A DNA stretch of 64,000 nucleotides from Veleropilina oligotropha. Taxonomy: Eukaryota. Every line of letters begins with the position of its first letter. Position 1 is the first letter of the stretch. Position numbers and translations under genes: made by a program. Location of the stretch: positions 1 to 64,000 of the forward strand of contig JBEUKZ010000127.1 of the NCBI GenBank assembly GCA_048128005.1, written 5' to 3'. The notes beneath the pieces were generated by a model. That model searched no databases, was not told the DNA's origin, and saw only the letters and a list, made by a program, of their open reading frames with translations. Positions 13,321 through 25,719 of the stretch are shown here, piece after piece.

Positions 13321-14492
13321 ATGATGCATGGGACAAATTCCCCTGAATAATTGACAGATCAGAGATGGCAGCATATCATCATGGCGATTCACCCACAAAC
13401 AAATTCTACCCCCCTCCTACTGAATACACATCCAGTAGGCACTGCGCGCTAAAAGGCCTAGACAATTCGCCCTGAAGTCCAGACAAATTCGACCCCATAT
13501 ATACAGGATATTTAATATGTACATGTCCATTCGCTCGTATATATGCCACCTGGCAGTACCATTCCGTCTTCATCCATGACTGCATATCAGGGCGTAAATA
13601 TCAGTATCACATGGTACTTCCAAAAAGAACACAATTGTTCGATACAAGACCAAGAATTGGCTTCAATGTTGCACAAACTATTCCGTGCAGGGTATACTTC
13701 TGGTACGTTATACATGATGGTCGATGGGCGCCCATGGTAGGCTCTTTGATTCCTCGAACGTCGAATCCAGTGGAAGTTCCATACCAGAACAATCTCTCTC
13801 AACTCTTTCTGAAAGTTGTACAAATTACGAATATGAGCAGAGTTAATATCGGACTATAAGGAGGGTTACAAATTTGCAGATTGTAATGGAAATAATTGTA
13901 TGGGCTTTGATCAGGCTGGGACTTCCTGCGTCTCAATAACATAACGCATATATAATCTCTCTCGCACCTACATTGTAAATATATTCAACATACGCGAACA
14001 TTACTCTACACCTACATTAATGATGCAAGACGTACACACGTATAACAGACACATTACTATACACCAAGCACAGTGCGCTGTGATTACGAATCAAACCTAA
14101 CATTCAACAATATATGCAAGCACTATACTTTGAAACTATTTAATTCAAGATCTATATATATACTCATGTGTTGCAGTACACGGTTCAAGAATCATCGATG
14201 CATAGTATATTTAGGATCCCTCTGTTCAAATATAATCTTACCAAAATGAATAAAATGTTTTTCATGACTGGCCGGCGCAACAAGTAATGATTCGATTCGA
14301 CTCACTTGAACATGACGGAATTACAGAGTTCTATATTATTAAAATGTCAGGTGATGTTGGCAACCCGGTTATATTGTGGGATTTCCTCTTACCATAATAT
14401 GGACATGATTCAATATGACTATAGTTCTAAGATGGTAACGGGACAATAAAACACAAAATAATAGTTTCGTACCCGAATCTGAAAAAGAATTG

Positions 14493-14890
14493 GGTACTTC
14501 CTTGTTATCTCCCCCCACTTTTGCAAATCGCTAAATCACATATAGACGTTAAACAGAGGTCCTGAGTGCACTTTTCGATCATGTACGATACACGTGATGG
14601 GTACGTAGTTGTATTGGCTTTACAAACGTATATTCACCGGACCGCCCCATGAGCCTGGACTGACCGACGTTCACCTGTTGCTAGTCCCCATGGATTTAAC
14701 AGTTAGTAATCATTGTTGCATGTTTATTTCCAATTGACCTAGTTGGAGCACAGTTGCGTTGCTTTTTGCTCGTCAAATAAAATAGCCTTCTACTTCACAA
14801 TAACATATATGGATCTACCCTGAATATGCGTACTTGTATGTGTGTTTTAGCGATTTTCAATAGTGGGGAGGGAGATAATAAGGAAGTACC
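14493..14890. mobile_element. MITE with ~50-bp TIRs and perfect 8-bp TSD (AAGAATTG)
   Basis: Ends GGTACTTCCTT..TTATCTCCC and GGGAGATAATAAGGAAGTACC. AAGAATTG is present at 14485-14492 and 14891-14898. Confidence 0.88.
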
Positions 14891-15244
14891 AAGAATTGTA
14901 TCAACATTTCCAATGAAATAAGCTTCGTCTTTTAAATATCCAAACAGATCCATCCAAAACTGTGTTTCCTTTCTTAAAACTGACCACCATACTTCAATTC
15001 TTTGATTATTGCAACTTATCTTACTTTAGCTCTTAATACTGCCATCTGATTGGTTAACGTTCATTCGACAATGAGATGTGCCGTCGAGTTATCTCCCCAC
15101 TAGATTGCGCGCGTGCTCCACAAGGCAAACAATCATTTGTTGTAAATGTCGCCTGGGGGTCAAAGATGCCAAACTATTGTTGTGTGCCGTATTGTTCACA
15201 AAATAAAGGAGGTCACGCGTTTCCAAAGATGATAAAGAGAGGTT

Positions 15245-17704
15245 AAGCTGAGAACAGACAGGACGCGGGCGGAAAAGTCACGCGGGCGGCAAGCCGAAAA
15301 ACAAAACACTGGATGCGTCTGCCAAGCGGCAAATCGTGTATTGGCACAAGGGCTTGCATCATATTCCCTGGTTTATGTATTGGATTTATGTTTTCAAATA
15401 CGAAGTTGAATAATGAACATTACTATTATTGTGCCATATTGTCGCCGTTTGCATGCTTACAGTATGTGTTGGTGATATCATTTAGCAAATAAACAAATAT
15501 AATTTAAAATGCTGTATAACTTCGTAACATTTAAAATATAAAACATCAAGTGAAAACAATTTGTAAGATTTCGGACTTTAACAGCATGGAAATAAAGCCA
15601 TCGGATTGACTCGTTTTATATCTCCGCCAGGCCTTTCCTGGAAGGTCAACCCTCTATCTGAGTTAATAACACATAGTTAATTACGTCAAAAACGGGAATC
15701 TCCCAAATAAAAGCAGCAAAAATATCACGCATCAAAAATCGCTACACAGAAGCGATTCTATCCGCCCGCGTGCCTGCCGTCCGCGTTAAGGCCCTTGCAC
15801 ACCGAACGCGAGCGTTTTATCGCCGCGAAATTCGCCGGTAGTGCTTGCACACTGGACGCGATTTTCGCTGTATTGTACGACGCGACTAGACACATATCAA
15901 TCCACGAAACGCTAGAATCGAGAAAATGGTAGCTTCCCGACTGGACGACATCCTGATCATGGAAGTCAAGCCACAAATGAAAAGATGTGACGTCAACTTC
16001 TATATATAGCACGCGAATTCGCGAGCGACTACGAGAAAATAGGATCAGTTTCTATCTCCAAAATTCGTCGTGTCGGTCGTGGCATCAGTCGCGTTTGGTC
16101 TGCAAGCCTCTATGTAAATGCGCTATTTCTATATGTTGACGAATTTCGCAACGAATTTCGCTGCGAAATTCGCGTTCGGTGTGCAAGGGCCTTAAAGCTG
16201 AGTACAGACAGGACGCGGGCGGTCACGCGGACGGCAAGTTACACGCGGGCGGTAAAAATGGAACATACTAGTATGATATTTGTAGTGGCAAACCATACTA
16301 ACGCGGTGGATTTGCACGCGTAATTTAAGCTGAGAACAGACAGGACGCGGGCGGAAAAGTCTCGCGGGCGTCAAGCGGAACTCAAGCGGAAAAACAAAAC
16401 ACACTGGATGCGTCTACCAAGCGGCAAATCATGCATTGGTACAAGGTCTTGCATCATATTCCCTGGTTTATGTATTGTATTTATGTTTTCATACACGATG
16501 TTTTCTTAGAATTTGAGCACGTTGAGCAATGAACATTATTAATAATTAATTAATTATTCATCATTTCATTATCATCGCCGGCCAGTGATTTCATTTAGCA
16601 AATAAACAACTTTTATTCAAAATGCTATATAATTTGGTAACATTTAAAATATAATACATCAAGCGACAATGTATAACAGTGTATAAGATGTCGTATTTTA
16701 ACTGCATGGAAATAAAGCCCTCGGATTGACTTGTCCGATAACCATTGTCTTATATTAACTCCGCCAGGTCTTTCCTGGAAGGAAAACCCTCTATCTGGGT
16801 TAATAACCCATACTTAAAAACGTCACAAACGGGAATCTCCCCAAGCGGCAAAAATCTCACGCGTCAAAAATCGCTACAGAAGCGATTCTATCCGCCCGCA
16901 TGACGCCCGCTTGCCTGCCGTCCGCGTTAGTATGTTTTGCCACTACAAATATCATATGTTCCATTTTTACCGCCCGCGTGTAACTCTCCGTCCGCGTGAC
17001 CGCCCGCGTCCTGTCTGTTCGCAGCTTAACGCGGACGGCAGGCAAGCGGGCGGCTAGAATCGCTTCTGTAGCGATTTTTGACGCGTGAGATTTTTGCCGC
17101 TTGGGGAGATTCCCGTTTATGACGTATTTAAGTATGTGTTATTAACTCAGATAGAGGGTTGACCTTCCAGGAAAGGTCTGGCGGAGCTATAAGACGAGTC
17201 AATCCGATGGCTTTATTGCCATGCTGTTAAAGTCCGAAATCTTACAAATTGTTATCACTTGATGTATTATATTTTAAATGTTACGAAGTTATGCAGCATT
17301 TTAAATTATATTTGTTTATTTGCTAAATGATATCACCAACACATACTATAAGCATGCGAACGACGACAATATAGTAATGTTTATTATTCAAAGTGCTTAA
17401 ATTCTAAGAAAACTTCGTGTTTGAAAACTTAAATCCAATACATAAACCAGGGAATATGATGCAAGCCCTTGTGCCAATACACGATTTGCCGCTTGGCAGA
17501 CGCATCCAGTGTATTTTGTTTTTCCGCTTGAGTTCCGCTTCCGCTTCCGTTTCCGCTTGCCGCCCGCGTGACTTTTCCGCCCGCGTCCTGTCTGTTCTCA
17601 GCTTTAGTGTGTTTTGCCACTACAAATATCATATGTTCCATTTTTACCGCCCGCGTGTAAGTTTACGTCCGCGTGACCGCCCGCGTCCTGTCTGTTCTCA
17701 GCTT
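15245..17704. mobile_element. Stack of Harbinger-type MITE copies (TIR AAGCTGAGAACAGACAGGACGCGGGCGG) in direct and inverted orientation
   Basis: Related ~550-830 bp segments at 15245-15786 and 16194-17028, and an inverted one at 17029-17704. Junctions fall at TTA/TAA. Confidence 0.75.
15789..16192. mobile_element. Harbinger-type MITE
   Basis: TIRs AGGCCCTTGCACACCGAACGCGA / TCGCGTTCGGTGTGCAAGGGCCT, flanked by TAA/TTA. Confidence 0.85.
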
Positions 17705-17705
17705 T

Positions 17706-17896
17706 AGGCCGGCTTTCCATGTACGCGGAAACGCGCGCGTTTCAGCGCGCGATTTTATCGATATTGCATATTTATGAACGACCTTTTCCATGTACGTGGA
17801 AACGCGAACATGGAAATGGTCCTTCATAAATATGCAATATCGATAAAATCGCGCGCTAAAACGCGCGCGTTTCCGCGTACATGGAAAGCGGGCCTA
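17706..17896. mobile_element. Fold-back MITE (near-perfect 190-bp palindrome)
   Basis: AGGCCGGCTTTCCATGTACGCGGAAACGCGCGCG...CGCGCGCGTTTCCGCGTACATGGAAAGCGGGCCT, with ~75-bp arms. Confidence 0.85.
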
Positions 17897-19422
17897 ACTG
17901 TGGCGGGTTGCTGTGAAAAGCATCGACGAGGCGACAAAGAAGTTGTGGGAACCGGGGACCTACGATGTTGTGTACTGTGATCATTTCTCCCATCCGACTA
18001 CCGTGGGTCATTACTAGGTTTGTAATTAATAAGTAACTTGATTCTGGTATAATCTAAGCCTAGCCTACAAAATACAGCATTATTACCTATTGATTTGAAC
18101 ATCACTAACCTAATTATTTTTGTATTCCACTCGTTTCATTGAACCTAAATAATATGGGTCCACTCCTGTATCTACAGGGGTCTGGATCGCTGCTTATCGT
18201 TCGTCTGTTTACGTTTGACGACTATCGCAGTTCACTGTTAGTATATTATATTGAGACATTTGCGTAATAATGCGCTATGTAAGACCTTTAAATTATTATT
18301 AATATAATATAGTAACAGTTAATTGTGCGTGATGGGGTTCGAACCCTCACCTTTTACCAACCACAATTATATGATAAGAAATATTGCAGTTTGCACTGTC
18401 AGAATGCAGGAGGGTAGATTTTCACACCGTTAATTGACAAAATGTTCTTCCACGTGGGGGTTGATAGTATGTTTCCTAACATTTGGATCTTATTTTCAAA
18501 ATCCTGCATCCACCCTTGGTATTTCTGACATCAACTACATGACGTACATTTTATAATTATTTATTTTAGGAGAAAGACGAAGACTAAAATACGGGGCTGT
18601 GCCATCAGTGTTTAAGTTTACTAAAGAGAAAAGCGAAGAGTCACAAAGACGAGAGGACAGATTGGCGAAAAGACGACGCACATTCATGAGGAAGTAACGG
18701 ATGTGGAGGAAACCATGACAAACGTTGCGGCTTGTACGGAAACAGAGTGCTATCTACTGACTGATAGGAACACTGGGTATACGATAGACAATTTTGAGTC
18801 GAATGACAAAGCGTTAAAATATTACACTGGATTTGACAATCATGAACATTTTATGTTATTGTTTCATATTCTTGGCCCAGTGGTCAACTGCTTATCGCAC
18901 AGGTGTAAAACTTTAGCTCCAAAGGATTAATTATTTATGACATTTATGAAACCTAGGCAGGCTAAAGATGACCTAGAGCTTAGCCTTTTCTTTCATGTTA
19001 GTGAAACAATTGTTTCCAATGTTGTGGTTACATGGATACATTTTTTATATTTTCAATTGAAAGAAATAGATTTCTGGCCGTCTAGGCAAATCGTGGACGA
19101 ACACATGCCTGCCATCCAGCTTTAGGAACAGTTTTCAAAGGACGCGTGTGATTTTGGATGCAACCGAGATTCCAATCAACAAGCCATCGAACATCCTTGC
19201 ACAGGCATGTACATTCTCAAACTACAAGAACCGGAACACCCTGAAAGCCATGATCGGATGCACCCCACGTGATTTAATTTCGTATGTCTCCGATGGGTAT
19301 GGTGGGTCCGCTAGTGACAGATCATTGAACGATCACAACGGTTGTCCGAGCCAGAGCGATTTAGCAAACAAGACAGCATCATGGCGGATCGCGGCATCAT
19401 GGTGCAGGACATGTTTGCTATG

Positions 19423-19734
19423 CGCGATGTACATGTCAACATGCCAACAATGTTGAAGGGCAAGTCTCAGCTCGAACCAGACGAGATCGCTCGTGATCGG
19501 CGCGATGTACATGTCAACATGCCAACAATGTTGAAGGGCAAGTCTCATCTCGAACCAGGCGAGATCGTTCGTGATCGGCGCGATGTACATGTCACCATGC
19601 CAACAATGTTGAAGGGCAAGTCCCATCTCGAACCAGATGAGATCGCTCGTGATCGGCGCGATGTACATGTCACCATGCCAACAATGTTGAAGGGCAAGTC
19701 TCATCTCGAACCAGACGAGATCGCTCGTGATCGG
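19423..19734 (+). repeat. 78-bp (26-codon) tandem repeat x4 inside the DDE domain
   Basis: RDVHVNMPTMLKGKSQLEPDEIARDR is repeated four times in ORF 19342..19770. Confidence 0.95.
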
Positions 19735-20646
19735 GTATCGCTTAAAAAAGGATGCATATTGAAAGGGTAATTGGATTAAACAAACGATTCAAGATCTTGG
19801 CTAAACCGCTGGCAACAAGTAAAGTAAATTTGGGTTCGCGCATATTTACGTCTGCTTCATGTTGAGCAACTTTAGGCTATGGCTTGATCTGTTAGAAATT
19901 AATATTTGTTTCGGGCGACATATTTTGTATAATAGTTGTTGATCTTGGGTAAAGTGTTTATTATGGTTTAAATCAACGGTTAAGGTGCTTGAATGTAGAA
20001 CTACAGATCTCTGGATCATCAGCAGCATATTACTCCCATAGCTATGCTCGTTGGCTCTATAATTCTATAATGACTCACAGTACGGCGATGAGCTATTTAG
20101 CCCCAATTCATCATCATCATCTGTTTTAATTGGTTCAGCAGGCAGGCCGCCGGTTTTCATTATCTGAAATGTTGTGTGATCACCTGGCAAATAATTCTTG
20201 TGGTAATATTTTTTGTATGAATAACATGCAAGTATGTAATATATAAACAACTCTGTCTTCTGAAATAATTTAATATGAAAATCGGTTGTAATCAATGATT
20301 AAGACTTGTATCCATAATTAGATGTTACATCTATTATTGGACATCATGCTTGAATAAACTTTAATATATTTCAAATCGGTATATAATATACTATAATATA
20401 TATATTTTACAAATGAGAGTCGCACTAGTACAGTCAAGTATTGCAAAACCTCATCATGTTGAAGCTTGATGTAATGGTACATGGCAATTGACCAATTATC
20501 TTTAGCATTATATAATTAATAATAAATAAATAGTTCATTATTATTGCATCTTGCTTTATTTGTGTTAGTATTCTATCTTAAGTTATTGTTTGCAAATTTA
20601 ATAGACTGCTCTGATAACCGAGTAGTTTCGAGTGACCAGCGTGAAT

Positions 20647-20785
20647 TTCCTGGCCCGACTGCTGCCGAACTGGAGCTTCGGGTCGATTCGGGTTTCCTGG
20701 CCCGACTGCTGCCGAACTGAAGCTTCGGATCGATTCGGGTGTCCTGGCCCGACTGCTGCCGAACTGAAGCTTCGGGTCGATTCTG
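20647..20785. repeat. ~47-bp tandem repeat x3
   Basis: TCCTGGCCCGACTGCTGCCGAACTG(G/A)AGCTTCGGGTCGATTCGGGT repeated. Confidence 0.9.
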
Positions 20786-20949
20786 GCAATGGCATTATTT
20801 GTTCAGTTAACATTTACTGTTGTCCATAACTGGCCGGAGAGAGCGGGTTTTCCCAGAAGATCAGACTTTCCTCCCACGATGATATAGACGTCTTGATATG
20901 AACTTGATCAATGTGATGAGTAAACAAACAAGACATTTAGCATTTGTTC

Positions 20950-23868
20950 AAAACCAAAACGTTTGCAAATCGCATAGCAGAACCTTCTTGTTTCCTGTAA
21001 TGCACTTCATAGAATGTTTTGAGTTTTGGAACCATGCTAAGTCGCCACAGCTCTTGGTCTACAGCTCAACAAACATGTCCTCGAAAGTGTATACCACAAA
21101 AATGCATTTCGATCTGCCAGAAATATTTAATTGTCCTTGAATCTGAAGATAATATTTGTGGCCCCGCTTCAGACTCATATCACCATTGTCGTTGATCTCC
21201 AGAAACGGAAATGACTTGCCTGGTGAAATTTCGGAATGTCTGCCCAAGTATGGACATTTTACTTCGACTATCGTTTTATCGTCTATCACTCCATCTGGGG
21301 TCGCTGCCAAGAAAGGAAACTCATGTGATATGAATAATCCAGCTTTCCTTACTTTCAGGGCAGATTTTTTCTCGAGTTTTTCCAGGGCAGCGGATTCATA
21401 TTGCTGTCCATAAATGATGGCATTAACGAACAGAGCTTTTCACGATTTCGGCGGTCTGTTGCAAGACACACATCCCCGAATCAAGAGGCCGTGATCCTCC
21501 AACGTCGATGTTCGTACCAGTCTTTCGACTGACTCTGGTTTCTCGTGGAACGCTCAATTTGTCCTATTTTAGAATTGATGCCTGTTAAAAACAAAGAGCA
21601 GGGTAATAATTCATATGCGGCAAAAGGATAATTAAAACAGTGTCAATATTAGCACCTCATATCATTCAGTTAATCAAAAGGAAAGAAAAGATCGATGTCC
21701 TGTATATTTCCAACCACTATTTGGTTCAAAGAAGGACATGTCCGTATTATCGCGGAAGGAAAGCTTGGTCGCCTGGGGAAACCCTCCCTCTTTGACCAGT
21801 TATGGACAACTGTGATTCATAACTTGAACAAACGTGTGCTATCCCTGCCGAGGTTTGAACCCACTACTGTTCGCGTCAGCGGAATCAAGCCAGTGATTTT
21901 TCGGAGTCTGAAACTACACAGCTGTCGAAGCTTAAGCGGCCCATTCATTCAGTTAATCAAATAAATAAATAAAACAGGCACGCAAGTCAGTCTCTATGTA
22001 CTATTATTTACATTTTTAATAATTATTCAGTATTATAAAATACGGGGTATACCGTGTGTGATCGATCCACCCAGTATTCAGTAAATGGCCGCTGCATATA
22101 GTCGTGATCCTGGACAGCTGTCTGTAAAGATGTCTTTGGATATAGGTACCGCATGGTCAGGTCCATCGAAGTCTTGCCACATAAATTTTAAAACATATCG
22201 GGCGGAGTGTCCAAAGCCTGGCAGCTGTCGCAAGTGCTGAGGGCGAGGATCATCTAGACAACAGCATTTCTTTGATGGAATCTCATCAGCTTTTACCGAT
22301 GATCCTGGAATTATATATACAGGTTTCTTATTATAGAAAATATGCCGTGACTATATTATACTGACACTTATAGATATATCAAATATCAGAATAGATAGAC
22401 AAATCTAAGACAGCGGTGCAGCGGATAATATATGTACCGGTACATTTACAACGCTGATGTGATTAGTTATGCTGTGCCGTTTGAAGTTTAACAATACAAC
22501 AGAAATGCTACCGCACATTGATAAAGGTCGAATAACATTAATATTTGTATAAAAGAATATGTTGAAAGATTTTCATTGTAGCTTTATTAGCTGTGACCCT
22601 TGGTTCTAACAGGACATGTCTATTGTGTTGGATATAAGTTTTTAACCTCAATGTTTCATAGATATGTGGACTTGGGCAACTGACTCGGAAGGGTCAAGAT
22701 AAAACCTAGCATTAGGTCACTCCCACACACATGCATGTGCCTTTCCGGGCTTGTGAAAAGTCTGCAGGCCCTCTGTGCAGCTCTTCGCCACTTCAACATC
22801 AACAACACAGCGGCGATGTGTTTACATGTAGCATTAGGACCCTTTCCCGCTGGACACTCACACTGAGAGTTTAGGACTTCAGCATTGCGAAGTCGGTAGC
22901 TGTAAGAAATCTGAAATTACAAGTTAAAGTAAAATGATTACAAATATTTGTTGTTTAAATATACTAAATAAGACACAGGCAAGTCATTTTAAACTTTATG
23001 TATTTGATCAGTGCATTTTGGATTTGGTAAAATAAAGGTAAGTGAAAAGAAACATGTTCTAAGCTGATTCTTCATGGAGGGCTGACTATTCCAGTAAGGT
23101 TGACATCATCCCTGGTTATGTGCCCGCTACACGCATCTACCCGGTTCGATTCGAGCATCAGCTGACTCTTTCTGCCTTTATATCTGTGTTACACTGCCGG
23201 TCACTGGACACTCTGTACTTGAAATACCCCTCTTTCTGTGTGGTCGATAACTTTTGAAAAATGATCTGATGAAGTGCCGTCAGCTGATGGAATCCGCTTA
23301 TAGGCCAATTTGGAACAATTTGTTCTGGAATGATTATAGGATCACTCTTGAAGTCTTTGTTTCTAATGTAGTATTCTAGTCTGTAAATGCACAAAAGTGT
23401 ATAAAAATGAATGCATTGAATCAACTTAGATACTATCTGTCACCATCTCAATCCAACAATATCATAATTATATTAAATTAAAGTATAGCTCTAAACAAAG
23501 TGATATTGTCTATTGATTTATTCTGTTGGGGGGTGCGATTTTGCATAATTCCAATGTTATTACAGCGATTTACCATCAAATATGAGTTAAAAACTTAAAA
23601 TGTATATAATAAACATTTTAGAATATATTTTAAAGGCTAGACATGTCGCACAATAAATTGTTGTTTCACTTATAGGCCAATAGGAGTTTAATCAACTTAA
23701 TGACTTCATAGAAAACGAGAAATATCTTATGAAAAATTTACACAATACCTTTTTACGAGGTCCTCTTTTCGTCCCGACGTAGTAGCTCCCCTTTTAGCTA
23801 GTTTTACTTTCAACTTTGACACTTTCCAATCGCCGTAAGAGTAATTCGATGATCCTGAGTGACGCCAT
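20950..23868 (-). pseudogene. SAP + SWIM + YqaJ-like exonuclease pseudogene (second gene of the ISL2EU-type element)
   Basis: SAP-like WKVSKLKVKLAKRGATTSGRKEDLVKR (~23750-23830), SWIM CECPAGKGPNATCKHIAA (~22810-22865), and YqaJ AATPDG..IVEVKCPY..YYLQIQGQL..CIFVVY (21059-21310). Multi-exon and disrupted. Confidence 0.85.
21679..21944 (-). mobile_element. SINE family A copy with 17-bp TSD
   Basis: Homologous to 754-1021. TCATTCAGTTAATCAAA is duplicated at 21662-21678 and 21945-21961. Confidence 0.85.
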
Positions 23869-23890
23869 GCTGTCAATTTATGTCTGTGTT

Positions 23891-24546
23891 CCGTATAATC
23901 GCGCTTATAATGAAATGCCCTTATAAGTGAATTTTTGCATTTTTTGATCGCATTCAAAATTTAAACACTCCCGTTTATAAGGGCATGCTCTTATATTCGA
24001 ATATAAGGGCAAGGCAAAAATTCACTTATACGGGAATGCAATATTTTATAGCACTTGCTATAACAATACTATGCAATGATATTCTTGTTTTGCTTATATA
24101 TGTTTTATGGCAATAAATCATAATAATGATAATATTAACGCTACTAAATTTAAATAATATAAATATTGAAAATAACAAATTTGCTTCCACGTGGTCTGCG
24201 CCTGCATGTCGACGTCGAACGATGACTTCGATAGAATCATTGTCGGGATTTAGTGTTGCTATTTTCCCTAGTTCGGTGATAGGCGTTTCACGTTTACAGA
24301 ATTGTTCGGGGCAAATTAACGTATTTGACATTAAGCAAGGACGAAAAATAATCTCACAACAACCCTGTGGGTGTATATTTGCTAAATGGGAAGCTGGTTG
24401 GACAAGTTGCTCTTATAAGCGGAATATTGCGTTTCACTAGATTCAAAAAAATTTAAACATTCTCACTTATAAGGGCATGCCGTTATATTCGAATATAAGG
24501 GCATACCCACTTATAAGGGCATTCCCTTATAAACGCGATTATACGG
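23891..24546. mobile_element. MITE (CCGTA termini, Tc1/mariner-pogo-like)
   Basis: TIRs CCGTATAATCGCGCTTATAA..GCCCTTATAAGTG / CACTTATAAGGGC..TTATAAACGCGATTATACGG, with internal TATAAGGGCA repeats. Confidence 0.75.
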
Positions 24547-24559
24547 TATACGGGAATTC

Positions 24560-25001
24560 GAATTGGTAGGTGAAATCAGAGAGTTGACATATGAGGATAG
24601 GCTCAGAAGCCTTGATCTTACAACATTAACGTTGCGTAGGATAAGAGGTGACATGATTCAAGTATTTAAAATGTTTACAGGGAAAGACAATCTTGATATT
24701 AGTTATTTTTTCCAGTTGAACCATAATAAAACAAGGGGGCATAAGTTCCAGATTTACAAAAAGAGGGTCAGGCTAGATGTTAGAAAATACTTTTTCTCAA
24801 ACCGAGTTGTAGATGAGTGGAATGCCCTTCCTGTCAAGGTGGTGGAGTCCACATCAGTAAATCAATTTAAAAATCGTTTGGATGAGCACTTTAAGAGACA
24901 GGGAAGGCTATAGATGACCGAGCTACCAAAATGGGTTTTTATATGAGTTGCAGAAATGCACTTTCTAAACCCAAACAAATTCTATTTAAGTCTATTTAAG
25001 T
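24560..25001 (+). mobile_element. 5'-truncated CR1 LINE 3' end
   Basis: ORF2 C-terminus RRIRGDMI..TRGH..FFSNRVVDEWNALP and a (TCTATTTAAG)2 tail. Near-identical to 56841-57282. Confidence 0.92.
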
Positions 25002-25719
25002 GTTACGCGCGCGCCATCTGGGGGATTCAGGGGAGGTAATTCGGCGGCGCATGCTATTGCCGTATTCCCCACCCAGGCGGGGTATATGAATTATTTATAC
25101 CTTACGTAGTTATGTGTACTATTATGATTTGGAGCGCCCTCAAAGAAAAGGGATATAATTGTGAACATGTCGTCTGCCAAAACATCAATAATGATTTTAC
25201 GTCATAGAATCGTACATTGTTTCGAAAATTTCGCATAAACTTCATTTTATAGTCATAAAGGTATACACTTTTTGACATTTTCATGTAAAATAAAGGGTTT
25301 AATTATCATTATTTAGTTAATTTGTGTGCTTACTTCTACTTCCTAGCATTCTCCTACGCAGAGACGTCATTTCTCTACCGTACATGTATACCGCATTGAC
25401 GCGCATATAAGGCCATGGCCTTATAAGTGGGAGTGTCCTTATGTTCGAATATAAGGCCATGCATGGCCTTATATGTGAAAAAATTTATTAAATTCCCACC
25501 AAAAGCAATGACCCGCATATAAGGTCACACAAACATATCCTACAGTAGCAAACCCACGGTCCAGAGAAGATTAAACAGTTAAAGGCACCACAAATGGAAT
25601 AAATCTCAAGCCACCGTATGCAGTTTTGCATAGCGCTGTGTGTAGGATTCATGTGTACAGAACTTATGCAGATTTTTACATGTGGGTAAATGGGGTGGCC
25701 TAATATAATAATAATAATA

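Larger units (their letters stand above)
15166..19880 (+). pseudogene. THAP + DDE (Harbinger/ISL2EU-type) transposase pseudogene
   Basis: THAP start MPNYCCVPYC..H.FPK at 15166, resuming after the MITE stack as LWRVAV...CDHF (~17900-17990), then GAVPSVF (~18595). DDE motifs LDATEIPINKPS, FSNYKNRNTLK, YGGSASDR and IMADRG. Contains stops and frameshifts. Confidence 0.85.
15069..25059. mobile_element. Degenerate ISL2EU-type (PIF/Harbinger-related) DNA transposon with convergent THAP-DDE and SAP-SWIM-YqaJ genes and many nested insertions
   Basis: Imperfect 30-bp TIRs at 15069-15098 and 25030-25059 (23/30 match). Two convergent genes have the domain content typical of ISL2EU. Confidence 0.75.

Noticed and set aside
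13543..13910. Short overlapping ORFs, possibly a decayed coding fragment
   Set aside because: No recognisable motif or consistent splice structure.
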